Source: Octopus vulgaris | Taxonomy: Eukaryota | NCBI GenBank assembly: GCA_951406725.2 | Contig: OX597830.1 | Coordinates: 34,534,001 to 34,598,000 of the forward strand | Reading direction: 5' to 3' | Length of the DNA: 64,000 bases | Shown: in pieces, positions 13,311 to 28,122 of the stretch | Layout of the letters: the number at the start of each line of letters is the position of its first letter | Numbering within the stretch: the first letter of the stretch is position 1 | Made by a program: the position numbers and the translations under genes | The notes under the pieces: generated by a model | What the model was told of the DNA's origin: nothing | The model's database searches: none | The model's input: only the letters and a program-made list of their open reading frames with translations

Positions 13311-13484
13311 CAGAGAAATACAGATAGACTGATAGTGATTTTTCATGCATACATATATACACACATGTATACCATTATCATCATCTTCATTTAACATCCA
13401 CCTTCCATGCTGGCATGGCTTGGATGGTTTGACAGGAGCTGGCCAAGTAGAAGACTCTTCATATATATACATATACATACATAC

Positions 13485-13517
<33 letters not shown>

Positions 13518-13937
13518 CATGCATACATGAATGCATAAATACATATATATGCACACATATATAGGATGTATGAGGAGAGCTTAAGGGAATGAAGGACAAA
13601 GCTAAATTTGGTGTGGAGGCAGCAAAAAAAGGGTAGAAAATGAAGCCCAAAGAAGGAAGGGGAAAAAGTAAAGGGGAGTAGAAGGAGTAGGAGAACAGTT
13701 AGAGTTAGGAGGAGATGGAGGAAAAATGATAAAAAACATAACAATGGTTTAAATAAAACCCGAGAAAGAGGAGAGAAAATTAATAGCAAGAGAGAGAGAA
13801 AAGAAAGAGGAGAGTAAGTGTATAGCATATTGTGAAGAGACAAAGAGGAAAAGAAAGAACGAAAGTATAGAAAGGTTGGTGGGGTAATGTTGTAGCATAT
13901 GAATGTATATGTCTTTATGTACGTGTGTGTGTGTGTG

Positions 13938-14002
<65 letters not shown>

Positions 14003-14202
14003 TTGATGTGTATGCAGAGAGGAAAGCGGTGTGTAAAGTTTTGAGGAAAAAAGGAGAAACAACAGAGAGAAATGGAGGGAAGGTAATGAAAAGGGGAAGT
14101 TGGTGATGGGGAAATTTATCTATCTATCACACACACACATACACACACACACACACACACACAATGCATGCACACACACACACACACACAAATACACACA
14201 TA

Positions 14203-14343
<141 letters not shown>

Positions 14344-14374
14344 AAATATATATACTACTTAGATAATACATATA

Positions 14375-14428
<54 letters not shown>

Positions 14429-14832
14429 CAGACAGATATGTACGTGTGTGTCCATTGTGCGAAATATGTATAAATTCATAAACTGAATTAGAATATGTAA
14501 AAAGAAACATATTTATTGGAATAATATAAAATATAAGAAGGAAAATCAAGAAGGTAAGATGATGGAAGAAATAGAAACAAAATGAAGAGAAGCAAAAGAA
14601 CTCTTTTGTGAATAGAGTTGGATAAGGTAGGCATAAGGTATTGAATATAATTATATATGTGTGTTATTGAAGTATGTGTGTGTGTGTATCATATATATAC
14701 ACATATATGCAGGTATATATATATAAGTTTTAAAGCAAAAATTTGTATGCACATCAATTATATATAATTTTTAAACAAAAAACTGTCGTATGTAGATGGC
14801 AGTGGGTGTATATGTATATATATATATGTATG

Positions 14833-14883
<51 letters not shown>

Positions 14884-15357
14884 ATGTATGCATGTATGTA
14901 TGTGTGTGAGTGAATATGTGTATACATACACACACATGCATACATGCAATTTTAGAAGAAAACCACAAAGAAAATCTAAAATGGCTGAAAAAGAACAAAA
15001 ACCAAAACAACAGCTAAAAAATTTGAAAAACCAATAGCAGAAAATGGAATGCTTGCTTTTATTGTTTTTGTTATTGTTGCTAGTGGTGTTTGGGGATTGA
15101 AAGATGTGTTATTGGAGTTCATTGGAGTTGTAATAGCAGTGTGGGCGGTGGCTGTAGTGGTGGTGGTAGTGATGGTGGTGGTGGTGGTGGTAGTGATGGT
15201 GGTGGTGGTGGTGATGGTGGTGGTGGTGGTGGTGGTGGGGTGCGGGTTGGCAGTGGTGTTGGACTACAGCTTGGGAGTTCGATGACTGTGATTTCAGAAT
15301 GCTATCTGCTGCTGCTGCTGCAGTTGCTGGTGATGAGGATATGGATGAGGATAAACG

Positions 15358-15405
<48 letters not shown>

Positions 15406-15859
15406 GAATGGTGGTGGAGTTGGCGTTGGTGTTGGTACAGTTGGCTGTGGGTCGATAAGTGTTTTGAGACAAAAACATGTCATTGTGCTATGCGAGGTGA
15501 CCTAATTAATATCGTGTTTGTCCAAAGCAGCTTGAAGATATTTATGTCAGTGACGACGATGACGATGGCGATGATGATGAGGATGATGATGATGATGATG
15601 AAAAATGGTGATAATATTGATGATGAAAATGGTGATAAAGAAGGCTGTGATGATAATGATATTGATGGCAAGAATCATAATCTTCATCATTTGCCACAAT
15701 GGTAACGAATGAGTGAACATCTGAGGGACAGGTTGCAAAATGCGCGTGCGTGTGTGTGTGAGGGAGTTAAATAGGGACCAAATGAAATTAAATGAGAAAG
15801 CAAAACAGAAAAAAAAAGAAAAAGAAAACAAAGCGACAGTCTGCACACCATACACTTAC

Positions 15860-17690
15860 ATGAGAGACTCTCTAGAGAATGACCACCACCTAGGGCCAAT
15901 CAAGGCAACCCAATTATCCAGGATTACTCCATCAAGCGTATGTGTCTTCTTCATTCTGTATTTATGAGGAGGCTCGTTCACTCACTCGAGCAATACTCAC
16001 CACTCTCATTTACCCTCCAGCAAAGTTGCTGGAGGGTAACATCTCCCTCTCTTTCCTCAACATCCTCTTCAAGAAGAACTTGAAGAGGTCAATGATGGCT
16101 TGGCTGAAGAGGCAAGTGTCACTATTCAGTCTTTTGGTTATTCTGAGCAAACAACCCCTTTATCATGGCCCCTAGATAGAAGAAAGCGTCCAGCACTTCA
16201 TGGCCATAGAAAAGTGGCAGGGTGTGATCTTCATGATGGACTTAGCCAATAGGGAGATCTCTGCTGTAATGTAATGACAACTGCTGTTTAACATAACTCC
16301 ACAAGTAAGCAATGCTTGGATTCTGCAGAATGGTTTCATCACTTTGTATGCATCTCAGCTTCGTGCAACTGATGGTACTTCCATACATGCAGGTTTCCTT
16401 GAACTGTCTACGCATTTCCCCACTTAGAATTGAGACAAAGTTTCTCCAAAACAAAGCAGCCAGTTGGTTCTAATTGATGTTTAAATCTTCCCCAAGTATA
16501 TCATTATACTTTCTCACTGCAAGCCCTTGATAGAAAACTTGTGTGAAAGTTCCACTTTAAACTTGACCAACTACACTTCCAATATCTAATGTACAGTCTT
16601 AGTTTTTTCTTGACGCAGGACAACATTCCAATCAAACACCTGGGCAGTCAAAAGATATGCTTAGGAACAGCAATTTCATATGCTTTCTGCTTAGCAATCT
16701 CTGCAGATGCTACAATCTCAGTGCTTGTCAATGCATCATCATTAAATAATCTACAAAGTGTATGATGCAGAGCATATTTCAGAGGAAGAAGATGGACCAT
16801 CGAAGTTGATGACTTCTTTCTGCAAGAATTTAAAGGGTAGAAGATTTTATCTAGTTTGACAAAAACTAGAGTAAAACATGGCAGTCAGATGTATACATTC
16901 CCTACAATGTAGATAATATGTACATTTGTCATCCATTTCTATGTGTGACTGATCACCAAATCACAAATGTTACCTTCTTAGGAAACGGATGGTGGTTGGT
17001 GACAAGAAGGGCTTATGGCCTTACAAAAACTGCCACAATGAATTATTGTCTGACTCTCGCCAGTATGGAAGTGTGGACATTAAAATGATGCTAAAATGTT
17101 TCAGCATCATAAAAGGGAGTTGTTTCTTTCCCAATCAAATAACTGACATGGACACACACTGCCATACTCTATAATTCTGGCCAGCTTGCTGGTGAATTTA
17201 CATTTTGGCATCTGGGAAGTTGTTTTCCTAGATGCCAAACTGCAAACCCACCTAGTTGTTTATGCTAATTGCTTTCCTGGTGACATCATTCAGATACACT
17301 ATTGCTATTCTCTTGCATTCATTCTTACCGAATGTCTTTTGATATCTTTAGTTTCTGCTCATGTGGTTTGAGTATCACTACATGAGAAGAGATAAAAGAA
17401 TATTTCCTTGACTAAGTGAGCATGTGATCTGTAACCATTTTGTCTCTCCAATCAGCATCTGAAACCAGTTGCACTGAGGATAGCATTCATGTAGCGTTGG
17501 TTAACCCTTCTGGAAGCCTATGACTTATCCAAAGTGATCAGAGCTCTGTTGAAACCAGATTTTATTATCCACCCTCTCTATAATTTATGGCACGAGCTGG
17601 AGTTTATCATGGGAAAATTTGCCAAAGATCACACAGATCTGCATTTTCCTGACCACACTGCAGATAACCACTAAACTTTTGAAAACCTTA
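15860..17690 (-). mobile_element. Highly decayed Tx1/L1-clade LINE ORF2 fragments
   Basis: Minus-strand remnants IIERVDNKSGFNRALITLDKS*ASRRVNQRYM (LDxxKAFDRV motif, about 17480-17680) and C-terminal zinc-knuckle region RCIQSDETILQNPSIAYLWSYVKQ (about 16280-16370). Confidence 0.6.
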
Positions 17691-17708
17691 TTTAAAATTA
17701 TTTACCTC

Positions 17709-17926
17709 ATTTACATTTGACGGATATTTGTCCTCATCTTGTTTGTTGTTAACACAACAGTTCAGCTGATATACCCTCTAGCCTTCATCAGGTGTCTGAT
17801 TTCAAACCTGGGTTCTCATTCCTAAGGTATTTCCCCAAGACACCTGATGAAGGCTGGAGGGTATATCAGCCAAAACGTTGTGTTAACATCAAACAAGATG
17901 AGGACAAATATCTGTCAAATGTAAAT
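17709..17926. repeat. Inverted pair of Penelope-like terminal repeats (about 89-bp arms, 40-bp spacer)
   Basis: 17709-17797 is the near-perfect reverse complement of 17838-17926; arm carries CTGATGA-AGGCTG..CAGCC-AAAAC; a further partial copy lies at about 40660-40772. Confidence 0.75.
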
Positions 17927-18821
17927 AATGTAAATAATGTACATAATTCCTCATCTCTTAAATATAGAACTGTACTTTTGAAAGCCCTTTAGAAAAATAA
18001 TCTTAAACCCTTTACTGGATGATCTTGAGAATAATTATGGTTATGATGGTAGTGATGATGGAATCAAAAAACAGAGGAGATCACAATGATGATGACGATG
18101 ATGATGATGATGATGATGAAAATGATGTTAAAGATAATCGTGAAGGTAGTAATAATAATTCTGTCTACCATAGGAAAAATAACTGAAAATTTGTGGGGAG
18201 GGGCTAGTTGATTGCATCCCCCCCCCCAGTATGCATCTAGACCTTATTTTGCTAACCCTGTGAAGATGAAAGGCAAAGTTGTCCTCAGCAGAATTTGAAC
18301 TCAGAATGTATAGATGGACGAAATGCCACTAAGCATTTTGTTTGGATGTGTTAATGATTCTGCCAGCTTGCCACTAAGAATGATGATGTTAATGATAGTG
18401 ATGGTAAAGATGATATGGAGAACATAATGAAAACCATAGCACATATCATCACCATTTAACATCCACCTTCCATGCTAGCATGGATGAGACAGTTTGACAA
18501 GAGCTGGCCAGGCTTCTGTAACTGTTTTTAGCAAGAATTTTACAGCTGGATGCCCTTCCTGTCACGAATTACTCAGCAGAGTGGACTTAGTGCTTTTTAT
18601 GTGGCACAAGCACAGGTGAGGTCAGTTTGGCCAGGGTTTTGATACCTGGATGGCTTTCCAAATGCCAACAACTTTACCAGTGTAGACTGGGTGCTTTTTA
18701 AGAGGCACCTGCACTGAAAGGGTCACCAAATACTTGCAAGACAAAAAAAACCCCGAAAAATCTCATTAACATATGCAGTTAATAATGATGTTAGGATAAC
18801 CATTGATACTAACAGTGTTGT

Positions 18822-18855
<34 letters not shown>

Positions 18856-20273
18856 GATAATTATGATTATGGCAATAATGATGATGATGGCAATGAAGAT
18901 GATGATGCAGTTGTTGGCAATGTTGAAATTAAACAGTGTTAGTCAATCTTGTCATTGCTTCTGTGATTACCATCAAGGTGGTGGTGATGGTGGTGGTGGT
19001 GGCCGTCGTTGTCATCGTCGTCGTCGTCATCATGGCTGTGGTTGCCATGGTGGTTTTCACAATGCTGGTGAGGAAGTGAATGATGAAACTGATGACTATG
19101 ACAATGATGATGATGATGATGATGCAGTTGTTGGCAACGTTAGAATTAAACCAGTGGTGGTCATCATCATCATCTTCATTATTATCATCACTGTTGTTAT
19201 TGTGGTTGTGGTCATGATGGCAAAGGTAGTGGTGGTGGTGGTGGTGGTGGTCACCATGTCAACGTTGATGGTGATCATGGCTGTGATGGTTTTGACAATG
19301 TTGGAAAGGAAGCAGCTGATGATGATGATGAGGATGATGATGATGAGGATGATGATGATGAAGACAACCGCAAGGTTGATATTGGTGGTGGTGGTGATGA
19401 TGATGATGATGACGATGACGATGATGCTTCAAGGGGAGGAATACTGGTATTTTACATGGTGCCTTCCAAGTGGCTGGAATGCAGATGTGAACTCAAATAA
19501 CCCCTTGATCTGACCTCTTGCTGTTTTCTGCTACTATTTTTTTTCTTTCCCTGAGACAATCTCAGAGATTGGATGGTGACGATGATGATGATGATGATGA
19601 TTGCAGTGGTAGAGGAGGTGGTAGCATTGCTTCTGATAGAGGTTGATGTTGTCATGGGTATTGGAGGTGGTGGTGGTGGTGGCGGCGTTAATGACAGGGT
19701 TGTGTATGTCTGTCTGTGTGGGAGAGGCAGTTAGTTTGGGTTGGATTCATTTGGCGTGAGGGAGTCAAGCAAAGGGGACACTCACGTGCTCACATAACAC
19801 ATACACACACATGCATGTACACACACACTCACATATACACACACATACACACACACACAGGCATATACATAAACATTGAAACACAGACATATGCATGCAT
19901 GCATGCATGCATCCTTACACATATACAAATATGCAAGTATGTAGAGCAAAAAAAAACTACAAATAAAATAACACAGACATGCACACACAAATAAATAAAT
20001 AAATAAATATAAAAAATATATATATAAAGGAAAAGAAAAAAACAAATGGAAATACAAAAATAATATAAATAATTATATAAATAAGAAAGAATGAAAAACT
20101 GCACATGTGACTCATATTGGGCAATTATGCTAATTTACAGAAGAGATAAGGGGGGAGGGAATGAAAGTAAAAGTGAGAGGAAGAGGAGGAAGAGGAGGAG
20201 GAGGTAGTGAGTGAGAAAAGAAGGGAAGCAAACAGAATATATACATATATATATATACATACACAGATACATG

Positions 20274-20318
<45 letters not shown>

Positions 20319-20663
20319 GTGTATATGCTTGTATATTGGTCTTTCTCTACTTTCTCTGGTTTTCCTTTCTTCCCTTTTCTCTACTTTCACTTTATCACTC
20401 CGCATACCAGAAAAAAAGGGACACAAAAAATGCAATAAAAAAATAAAGAAAAAATATAAATGACAACCAAATAAATAAATAAATAAGAAATATAAAACCA
20501 TGTATGCATGTACATACATAGCACTGTGTGTTTAAGTATATATACATATATATATATATATATATTTTGCAACACATGTACATATATATATATATATATA
20601 TGTATGTATACATAGATATGTATGTATATATATATATGTATATGCATACATATCTATATAAAG

Positions 20664-20717
<54 letters not shown>

Positions 20718-20965
20718 GCAAGTACATATATATGCACATGTATATACCCAAGCACATTTAGCAGGAAAGAAATGTAAAAACACAACAAAGTACATAGCAA
20801 AAATAATAAAAATCACATACAAAACAATAAACAAGTTGCCTAATGAATGTCTGTGATTCGAAAATCTGGAACAACCACCCCTCCCATATCCACTTGCTTG
20901 CACAGTAACAGTGTGGGACAGAGAGACATAGAGATAAAAAAAAAGAGAGTGAAATGCTGAGTGTA

Positions 20966-20998
<33 letters not shown>

Positions 20999-21294
20999 TA
21001 GAGGGAGAAGAATGGAAACAGCCATTTCTAAAAGAAGGAAGCAATTAACATAGACCATAGAACAGTCATTGAGGAATTATTTTCTCTTGACCATTCTACA
21101 CCGTGTTTTGTTGGAGCTGGGCGTTTAAAACATAGATGGATAAATGAATGAGTTAATGGATAGATGGATTAATGGATAGATGGCTGGCTGGGTTGGAAAG
21201 ATATTAAGGATAGATTGATAGATAGAGATAGGGAAATGGATAGATAGATAGATAGAAATAGGGAAATCGATAGATAGATAGAGATAGGGAAATG

Positions 21295-21340
<46 letters not shown>

Positions 21341-22611
21341 CAGATAGATAGATAGAGATAGGGAAATGGATAGATAGATAGATAGAGATAGGGAAATGGA
21401 TAGATAGATAGATAGATAAATAGAAAAATGGATAGATAGATAGATAGATAGATATATAGATAGATAGACAGATGAAAAGATAGATGGATAGTTAGATAGA
21501 TAGATGGAGAGATAGACAGAGAGAGCGAGAGAGAGAGAGAGAGAGAGATAGAGATTGATTGATAGACAGATAGAGAGAGGGAAGAAGAAATAGCTGAATG
21601 GACAAACAGACATAAATAGATGATGAGAGGTACAGAGTAACAAACATAGGTAAATAGCTAGCTAGATAGATTGATAGATAGTTGAGTAGATGGCTAGAGA
21701 GATAGACTATTGATAGATTGAAAAGAAGTGCGATAAAGAGAATATATATATGTGTGTGTGTGTGTGTATACCTAAATATTTGTACATATGTATCTGTGCT
21801 GACCACTATAGACTACCACCATCATCCTCATTAGTGCTTGCTGAAATGGTCAGCATTAACAACATCAAACACTTTTATCACTACTACCTCTGTTTCCAAA
21901 TTACTGGTGTGACAGGCAAATAAAAGAGCCTCAAAGCAGTCGCTTGACCCACCACAAGAAATAGCTGTGAAAATTCCATCAAATAACACTCTTTATAAAA
22001 AAAATGAAGGACATTGTGTAATTCAGTCCCATATAAAATGCTTCGGGTATCTTTGAACCTATGTCTGCTTAATTAAATCTAACTATGGTTTAAATAAGTG
22101 ATACTGATCCTTTCTACTTTAGGCACAAGGTCTGAAATTTGGTGGTAGTGGGGGTGGGGCAGTCGATTAGATCAACCCCAGTATGCAACTGGTACTTAAT
22201 CTATCGACCCCGAAAGGATGAAAGGCAAAGTTGACCTTGGAAGAATTTACAACAGTGATATTAATGAGCTAGCTATGGAATTACTCGATGGTCACTTGAC
22301 TTGCTAGAAGGCATTCTGTCCAAAGTTTCAATCATCAAACCAATCCACATGCATAACCTGCAACAACAAAACACAGGGTTGACGTCAGTGGGATTTGAAC
22401 TTGAATCTTAAACTTGTATCTCCTTGCAACATGCAAAGAGAGTTGAATTATTATGTTGGATGATGTAGGAGCTGTGTTATTTTATTCGGTGGGGTTTCTA
22501 TTATTTTGTTATATGTTGTGTTTAGGAAAAGTGTATCATTCATGTAATGTAATGTAAATTTGGATTGTAATAGGGTAAAACATGTGCTGTGAGTGTTGTG
22601 GAGAGAACATA

Positions 22612-23120
22612 CCATAAATCCTCGAATATAATCCGCATTTTTCTCCCAAAATTTAAAGGTCAAAATCTCTAGTGCATATTATACACGAGGTTAAAAATGA
22701 AAATTATTGCCTAAGCAATGTTCAAGTCTCTATTTGCTGTCCGGCAATGTTTATTCAGATGCATTTTGTGACACCGGGCGCGAAAATACCTTAAGCTAAG
22801 CCTGAAAGCAATGAAGTCAGAAAAGAATCATCCATAACTTGCAGTAAGCAACATTTATTAAATGTTATTACTGTTATTTCTTTATTTTCTGCAAACAAAA
22901 TGCACAAAAATGCCACACGTTTGCATTATGTTATATATACAATAATAATAAAGTATGTTACCGTATAAATTTTTACAAACCAAGGATGTTATATAGACCT
23001 CAATTCAAGTTAGAGATGGAGTGCATATTATACACAAGGTTTAGGTTTTTCAGAGGTACAGCCCCTTAAAAATCTCCTGCGTATTATACTCAAGGGCGGA
23101 CTATACTCGAGGATTTACAG
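22612..23120. mobile_element. Non-autonomous Tc1/mariner-superfamily MITE (pogo/Tc2-like)
   Basis: TIRs CCATAAATCCTCGAATATAATCCGC / GCGGACTATACTCGAGGATTTACAG, each flanked by TA. Confidence 0.8.
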
Positions 23121-23253
23121 TACTCTGTCATTGGTATTTTGTGGTGTAGTTTGGAATGGTGATTATATGGATTATGTGTTGCGAGAATTGGATTATATTA
23201 TTGGGTAGATAATTGGGGAGACTATGTGCTGTGTATATTGCATAGAGAATGTG

Positions 23254-23575
23254 TACAAGGATCAGCTGAAAAGTTCTTAAACTTACCAAGATACTCTGAT
23301 GGAATGTGACCAAATAAGGTTCATTTTGCAACCTTTGTGGTTCACACAGCTCTTGCCACCAGTCTTGCAGTGATTGGATGCCATTGATGCAAAAGCTTCC
23401 ATCTTGTTGCCTAAAAAATGTCATCAACAGCAGATATAAGATGTCATCATCACTGTGGTACTGGTTCCCAGCAAAATGTTTCCATTTATGTTGAGGAGCA
23501 GATGAGAGTCAAATGGGACTGATTCAAGAGAACAGGGTGGGTGATTGTCCAGTTCAAAGCCACAGTTCTGCACAA
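23254..23575 (-). mobile_element. mariner transposase 3' relic
   Basis: Minus-strand CGFELDNHPPCSLESVPFDSHLL (decayed HPPYSPDLAPSDYHLF) and FFRQQDGSFCINGIQSLQDWWQELCE. Confidence 0.7.
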
Positions 23576-23770
23576 AAACACACACATACATACATGTGCA
23601 TGTATGATGGGCTTCTATAAAGTTTCCATCCACCAATTTCACGCACAAGGCATTGATCAGCTCAAGTGTATAGCAGACATGTGTCCAAGGTATCTGTATC
23701 CGCTTGCAATTAAATAATTATCCAAAAATATTTACTTAAAATAATTATCCAAAGTATTATATGTGCACTG

Positions 23771-24317
23771 GAATTGCTATGTGGTTAAGAAGCTTGCTTC
23801 CCAACCACATGGTTCTAGGTTCAGTCCCACTGTGCAGTGCCTTGGGCATGTGTCACCTACTGTAGCCCCAGGCTTACCAAATCCTTACGAGTGAATTTGG
23901 TTAATAAGAACTGAAAGAAACTCACTGTCCCATCTGCCCCTGCTTGACAACCATTGTTAGTTTGTTTATGTTCCTATACATTGGTGATTCGTCAAAAGAA
24001 CCTAATAGAACAGTAACCCCTTACCATATCATGGTTCATCTGTCACAGTTTATTACTTAAGCTTAGTTCCATTACTCCATGGTGTTGTTTAGCATTTATA
24101 ATAAAATAAATATATGAAAATTATAAAAATAATTTAAAAAAAATACACAGTACAGTACTGTTTCTATTCCATGGATTTTCACCTATCGCAGGGTGATTTG
24201 GGATGTAACACCCACGATAGTCGAGGGATTACTTTAAGGGGGTACCAGGCTCAAAAAGAAAAAAGATGTAATCCTTCGAGGCTGCTGTCCAATGACTGGA
24301 GCAAGTAAAAGATAAAA
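23771..24317 (+). mobile_element. Old SINE family A copy interrupted by a Tigger-like MITE (about 24011-24232)
   Basis: SINE body breaks after AATAGAA and resumes at GTACCAGGCT; the insert begins CAGTAACCCCT and ends GAGGGATTACT. Confidence 0.6.
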
Positions 24318-24368
24318 AACAAAGGACATTCTACCTAGTCACACTTACTCCCAAGTCATGAGATACAT

Positions 24369-24403
<35 letters not shown>

Positions 24404-25259
24404 TATGTATGATAAGAATCTTCTTTAGTTGTTATCGATACAAATTTATTTTAATTTCTTCTTCTATTTAACTTAGTTGTCCATTTTCCAAAAAAAAAAA
24501 AAAAAAACATTGGGAAGTGAAACATTTTTCAAAAATCCAAACCATTCATTTATACATTTATTTAAAATCAGACACACACACAGATACACGTACACATGCA
24601 TACACACATGCACTCACACACACACATATATTTTTAAATTTTAATTTAAATATACATTTATTTATTCATTTAATTCTTTATATTGGCTGTTTCAAATTAC
24701 ACACTATTTTACTCTCTGCTGAAATTCAAATCATGAGGAAAATTTATTCCAATAATGTTTTTAATTTTTCTTCTTTTTTCAAAAAATTCTTCAATAGTAT
24801 ATTTGTTTGTGTGCACCATCCCTCTCTATTTCTTTGCTTATTTCCTTTCCTTTTCTTTTCCTTTTCTTTTTTGATTTTCTTTTCCGTTATCTTTAATTTT
24901 TTATTTTTGTTTTCTTTCCTTCTTTTTCTTCCTTTCTTTCATTTTTTTCTTTTACATTTTGCTCTTTCTCTTATTTCATTCATTTTTCTGTTTTTGCTTT
25001 TCTTCTTGTTATCTTTCATCCTGCTTGTATTCCTCTCTATGCTTTTTTCTTTTTTGCCTTCTTTATTTCTTTTCTTCCTTCTTTCTAGCTCCCCTCTCTT
25101 TCTTTTTTGTTTTGTTTGTCTCTCTCTCCCTTTCTCTCCCTTTCTCTCTCTCACATGAATTTTTTAATTCTTACCTACCTACCTTCCTAGCTAGCTAGCT
25201 ACTTACCTACCTACCTACCTACATACCTACCTACCTACCTGTTTACCTTCTTACCCCAG

Positions 25260-25321
25260 TGGAGTGGGCAGCAGCCTGTTATTTCTCTACCTTCCTACTA
25301 TCTTTCATTCTTTACTCAGGT
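25260..25321 (+). other. Candidate small exon (60 or 62 nt)
   Basis: gtttaccttcttaccccag|TGGAGTGGGCAGC...TACTCAG|GT|gtatgt after about 500 nt of pyrimidine-rich sequence; all three frames open. Confidence 0.3.
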
Positions 25322-26209
25322 GTATGTTATGGGTGGTGTCTGTGTCGCTATTTATTTTTCATCCTTCTCTATTTTACCAAATTCTCATCAAATTCTTTAT
25401 ATTTATATTTATATTTATATTTATGTCCATATTTTTAAATAGATTTTGCTTTCAAATGTACATTGCTAAGTTTACTTTGCTTTATTTACTGGATCCAATT
25501 GGTTAGAATTGATGTGGTGTGGTGTGGTGTGGTAGGGGCTGGAATTATCTTGTGTGGCAGGGTAGGGTCGGGAGTTGTGTGACAGGATGGGAAGTTGTGA
25601 GGTGGGGGTGAAGTTGAAAGCTGTATGGAATAGTGTCATGCAATGTGGAATGGAGTGGTGTTACATGGTGTGGTACGATGCAAAATGACACAGTGAAATG
25701 TAGTAAGGTACAACATGGTATAGGATGGTATTATACAGTGCATTGTTGGATGATTTAGTATGGTGTGATAGGGGAATAATGTGGTATAGCATGATGGGAT
25801 GTAGAGACCTATCAAGTAATTCAGTATGACATAGAATGATGTTCTTTGATGTGCTATAAATAAGAGCATGGTATGATATGACAGACAACAGTACAGTAGT
25901 GGTAAGAATTGCTCAAGAGCACTGAACAGCTGAAGGTCTTCAGTCAAGAAACCCCTCCTCCAAGCAAATGTTTCAGCCCTTAATTTCTTATCCAGTTTAA
26001 TGATTCTTGAGTGCCCTTCTGCTAACACTATTTAGCCACTTGGATATTTGATCCATGTGCATTTAAACCAACTGTAAGTTCATCTAGATTTTGTGGTTTG
26101 TTCTGGCATAATTGTTGTTTAGCCCCAGGCCACTGGTAGCAGTCCTATGCTCAAACACAATTGAACCATGACCATTATTTTCATTTTTGAAGTGTATGTA
26201 TGGGATCAT

Positions 26210-26378
26210 GTTAGGAGTGGCTGTGTGGTAAGTAGCTTGCTTACCAACCACATGGTTCTGGGTTTAGTCCCACTGCGTGGCACCTCGGGCAAGTGTCTTC
26301 TACTGTAGCCTTGGGCTGCCCAAAGCCTTGTGAGTGGATTTGGTAGACGAGAACTGAAAGAAGCCTGTCGTATATATG

Positions 26379-26442
<64 letters not shown>

Positions 26443-26446
26443 TATG

Positions 26447-26497
<51 letters not shown>

Positions 26498-27071
26498 ATA
26501 TAGTTGTGTGTCTGTATTTGTCCCCCAACATCACTTGACAACCGATGCTGGTGTGTTTACATCCCTGTATCTTAGTGTTTCGACAAAAGAGACCGATAGA
26601 ATAAGTACTAGGCTTACAAATAATATGTCCTGGGGTCGATTTCTTCGACTAAAGGTGGTTCTCGAGCATGGCCACAGTCAAATGAGTGAAACAAGTAAAA
26701 GAGTAAAAGAGGTGCAGGCATGGCTCTGTTGTAAGAAGTTCACTTCTTGACCACGTGGTTCCAGGTTCAGTCCCACTGTATGGCACTTTGGGCAAGTGTC
26801 TTCTATTATTGGATTTTGTAAATGGAAACTGAAAGAAACTTGTCCTGTATGTGTGTGTCTTTGTGGCTGTGTTTGTCCTCCACCACTTGACAACCAGTGA
26901 TGGTGTGTTTACATCCCTGTAACTTAGTGGTTCAGCAAAAGAGGCTAACAGGATAAGTACTAGAATTATTTAAAAAAAGGAAAGAAGTCATGGAGTCAGT
27001 TCATTTGTCAAAGAGTTCTTCTTCGTGGTGCCCCAGCATGGCCACACTGAAACAAGTAAACGATAAAAGAT
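26210..27071 (+). mobile_element. Head-to-tail dimer of SINE family A (26210-26710, 26711-27071)
   Basis: Second head GGTGCAGGCATGGCT starts immediately after the first tail GTAAAAGAGTAAAAGA. Confidence 0.85.
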
Positions 27072-28122
27072 ACGTGTTTATTTCGATTTGAAGGAGATTT
27101 TTAACTGCTATTTCTAGCAAGAAGAGAAGCCACATAGAAACCTGCTTTGTGTGGAATGGAATGGTTTGGTTTGGGGTGGTGTAGCAGGAATAGTGAGGTC
27201 AACATGGTGGAATTAATTACCAGTTTGTTTTACCATCAAAAATTAACGATGCTAAAAATAAAAATAAAATAATTACAAAAATTCACAAATAGACAATAAA
27301 TCAAACGGTCTTTAACACACACAGATTACGTACATGTACACACACACATATACATATATGCACAAACATATACATACACGTACACAGATTTCTTTCAATT
27401 TTGTTTTGTATATATACTTTTATTTTACGTTAACTTTTTTAACAAATTTTCTGTTTTCGTCACGCTATCATTAGTTGAAGGTTTTTAGCGTTTTTTTTTT
27501 CAATCTATATTTTGTTATATTCAGTAATATTTTATTTATTTATTTATTTGCATTTTATTAAATATTTAAAATAAATTTTTTAAATTTATTTTATTCATGT
27601 TATATTTTTAATTTTGTTTTTTAGTTTTTAAATTTCAATGTTAACATATCATTGGAGCAGGTGATCGTTTTAAAAAGAGAATCATTGCCTTGTTTTTAGT
27701 TTTTACGTTTTTATTCTCAAAAAATGTTTTTGCTGTTGTTAATTATTCAAGTGTAAAATATCAATTTTACCACATCTCAGCTTGACTGACCTATTGGGCA
27801 TTTAGAATATTAGAACTTAAGGATGGAGACGACAAGGCAATCGTTTGATCTTGTAACTTTTTGCTCAGTCGTTCATCTTCTTATTCATGCAGCATTTGAG
27901 AAGAAGGAGAACCTTACTGGTTAGTTGGTCAGTTAACCAGAATAAGTTGTCTCTACCAAAGTACACAAATTCAATGGTTACTGTAAGGTTTCATTTTACG
28001 ATCTTTTTTATTATATATCTTATTAACCTCATTCTTTCTATTTTTTGATAAAAGGTATATTTTTTGTTGTTGTTGTTTAGTGTGCAAAACTTGAATGGTT
28101 CATCTTAAATTTTGACATTATA

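Noticed and set aside
15049-15505. Poly-Ser/His ORF (minus) and poly-Asp/Gly ORFs (plus)
   Set aside because: Overlapping frames on both strands are all open because of triplet repeats; no way to select a real one from sequence alone
18803-19513. Longest ORF in the window (236 aa, Met/Val/Asp-rich)
   Set aside because: Built from GAT/GGT trinucleotide repeats with no domain signal; Met-rich but lacks the reflectin repeat motif
25260-25319. Resemblance of EWAAACYFSTFLLSF to the last helix of DRAM/TMEM150 proteins
   Set aside because: Only a short spacing match in pyrimidine-rich DNA; the following acidic-Phe motif and other exons are absent
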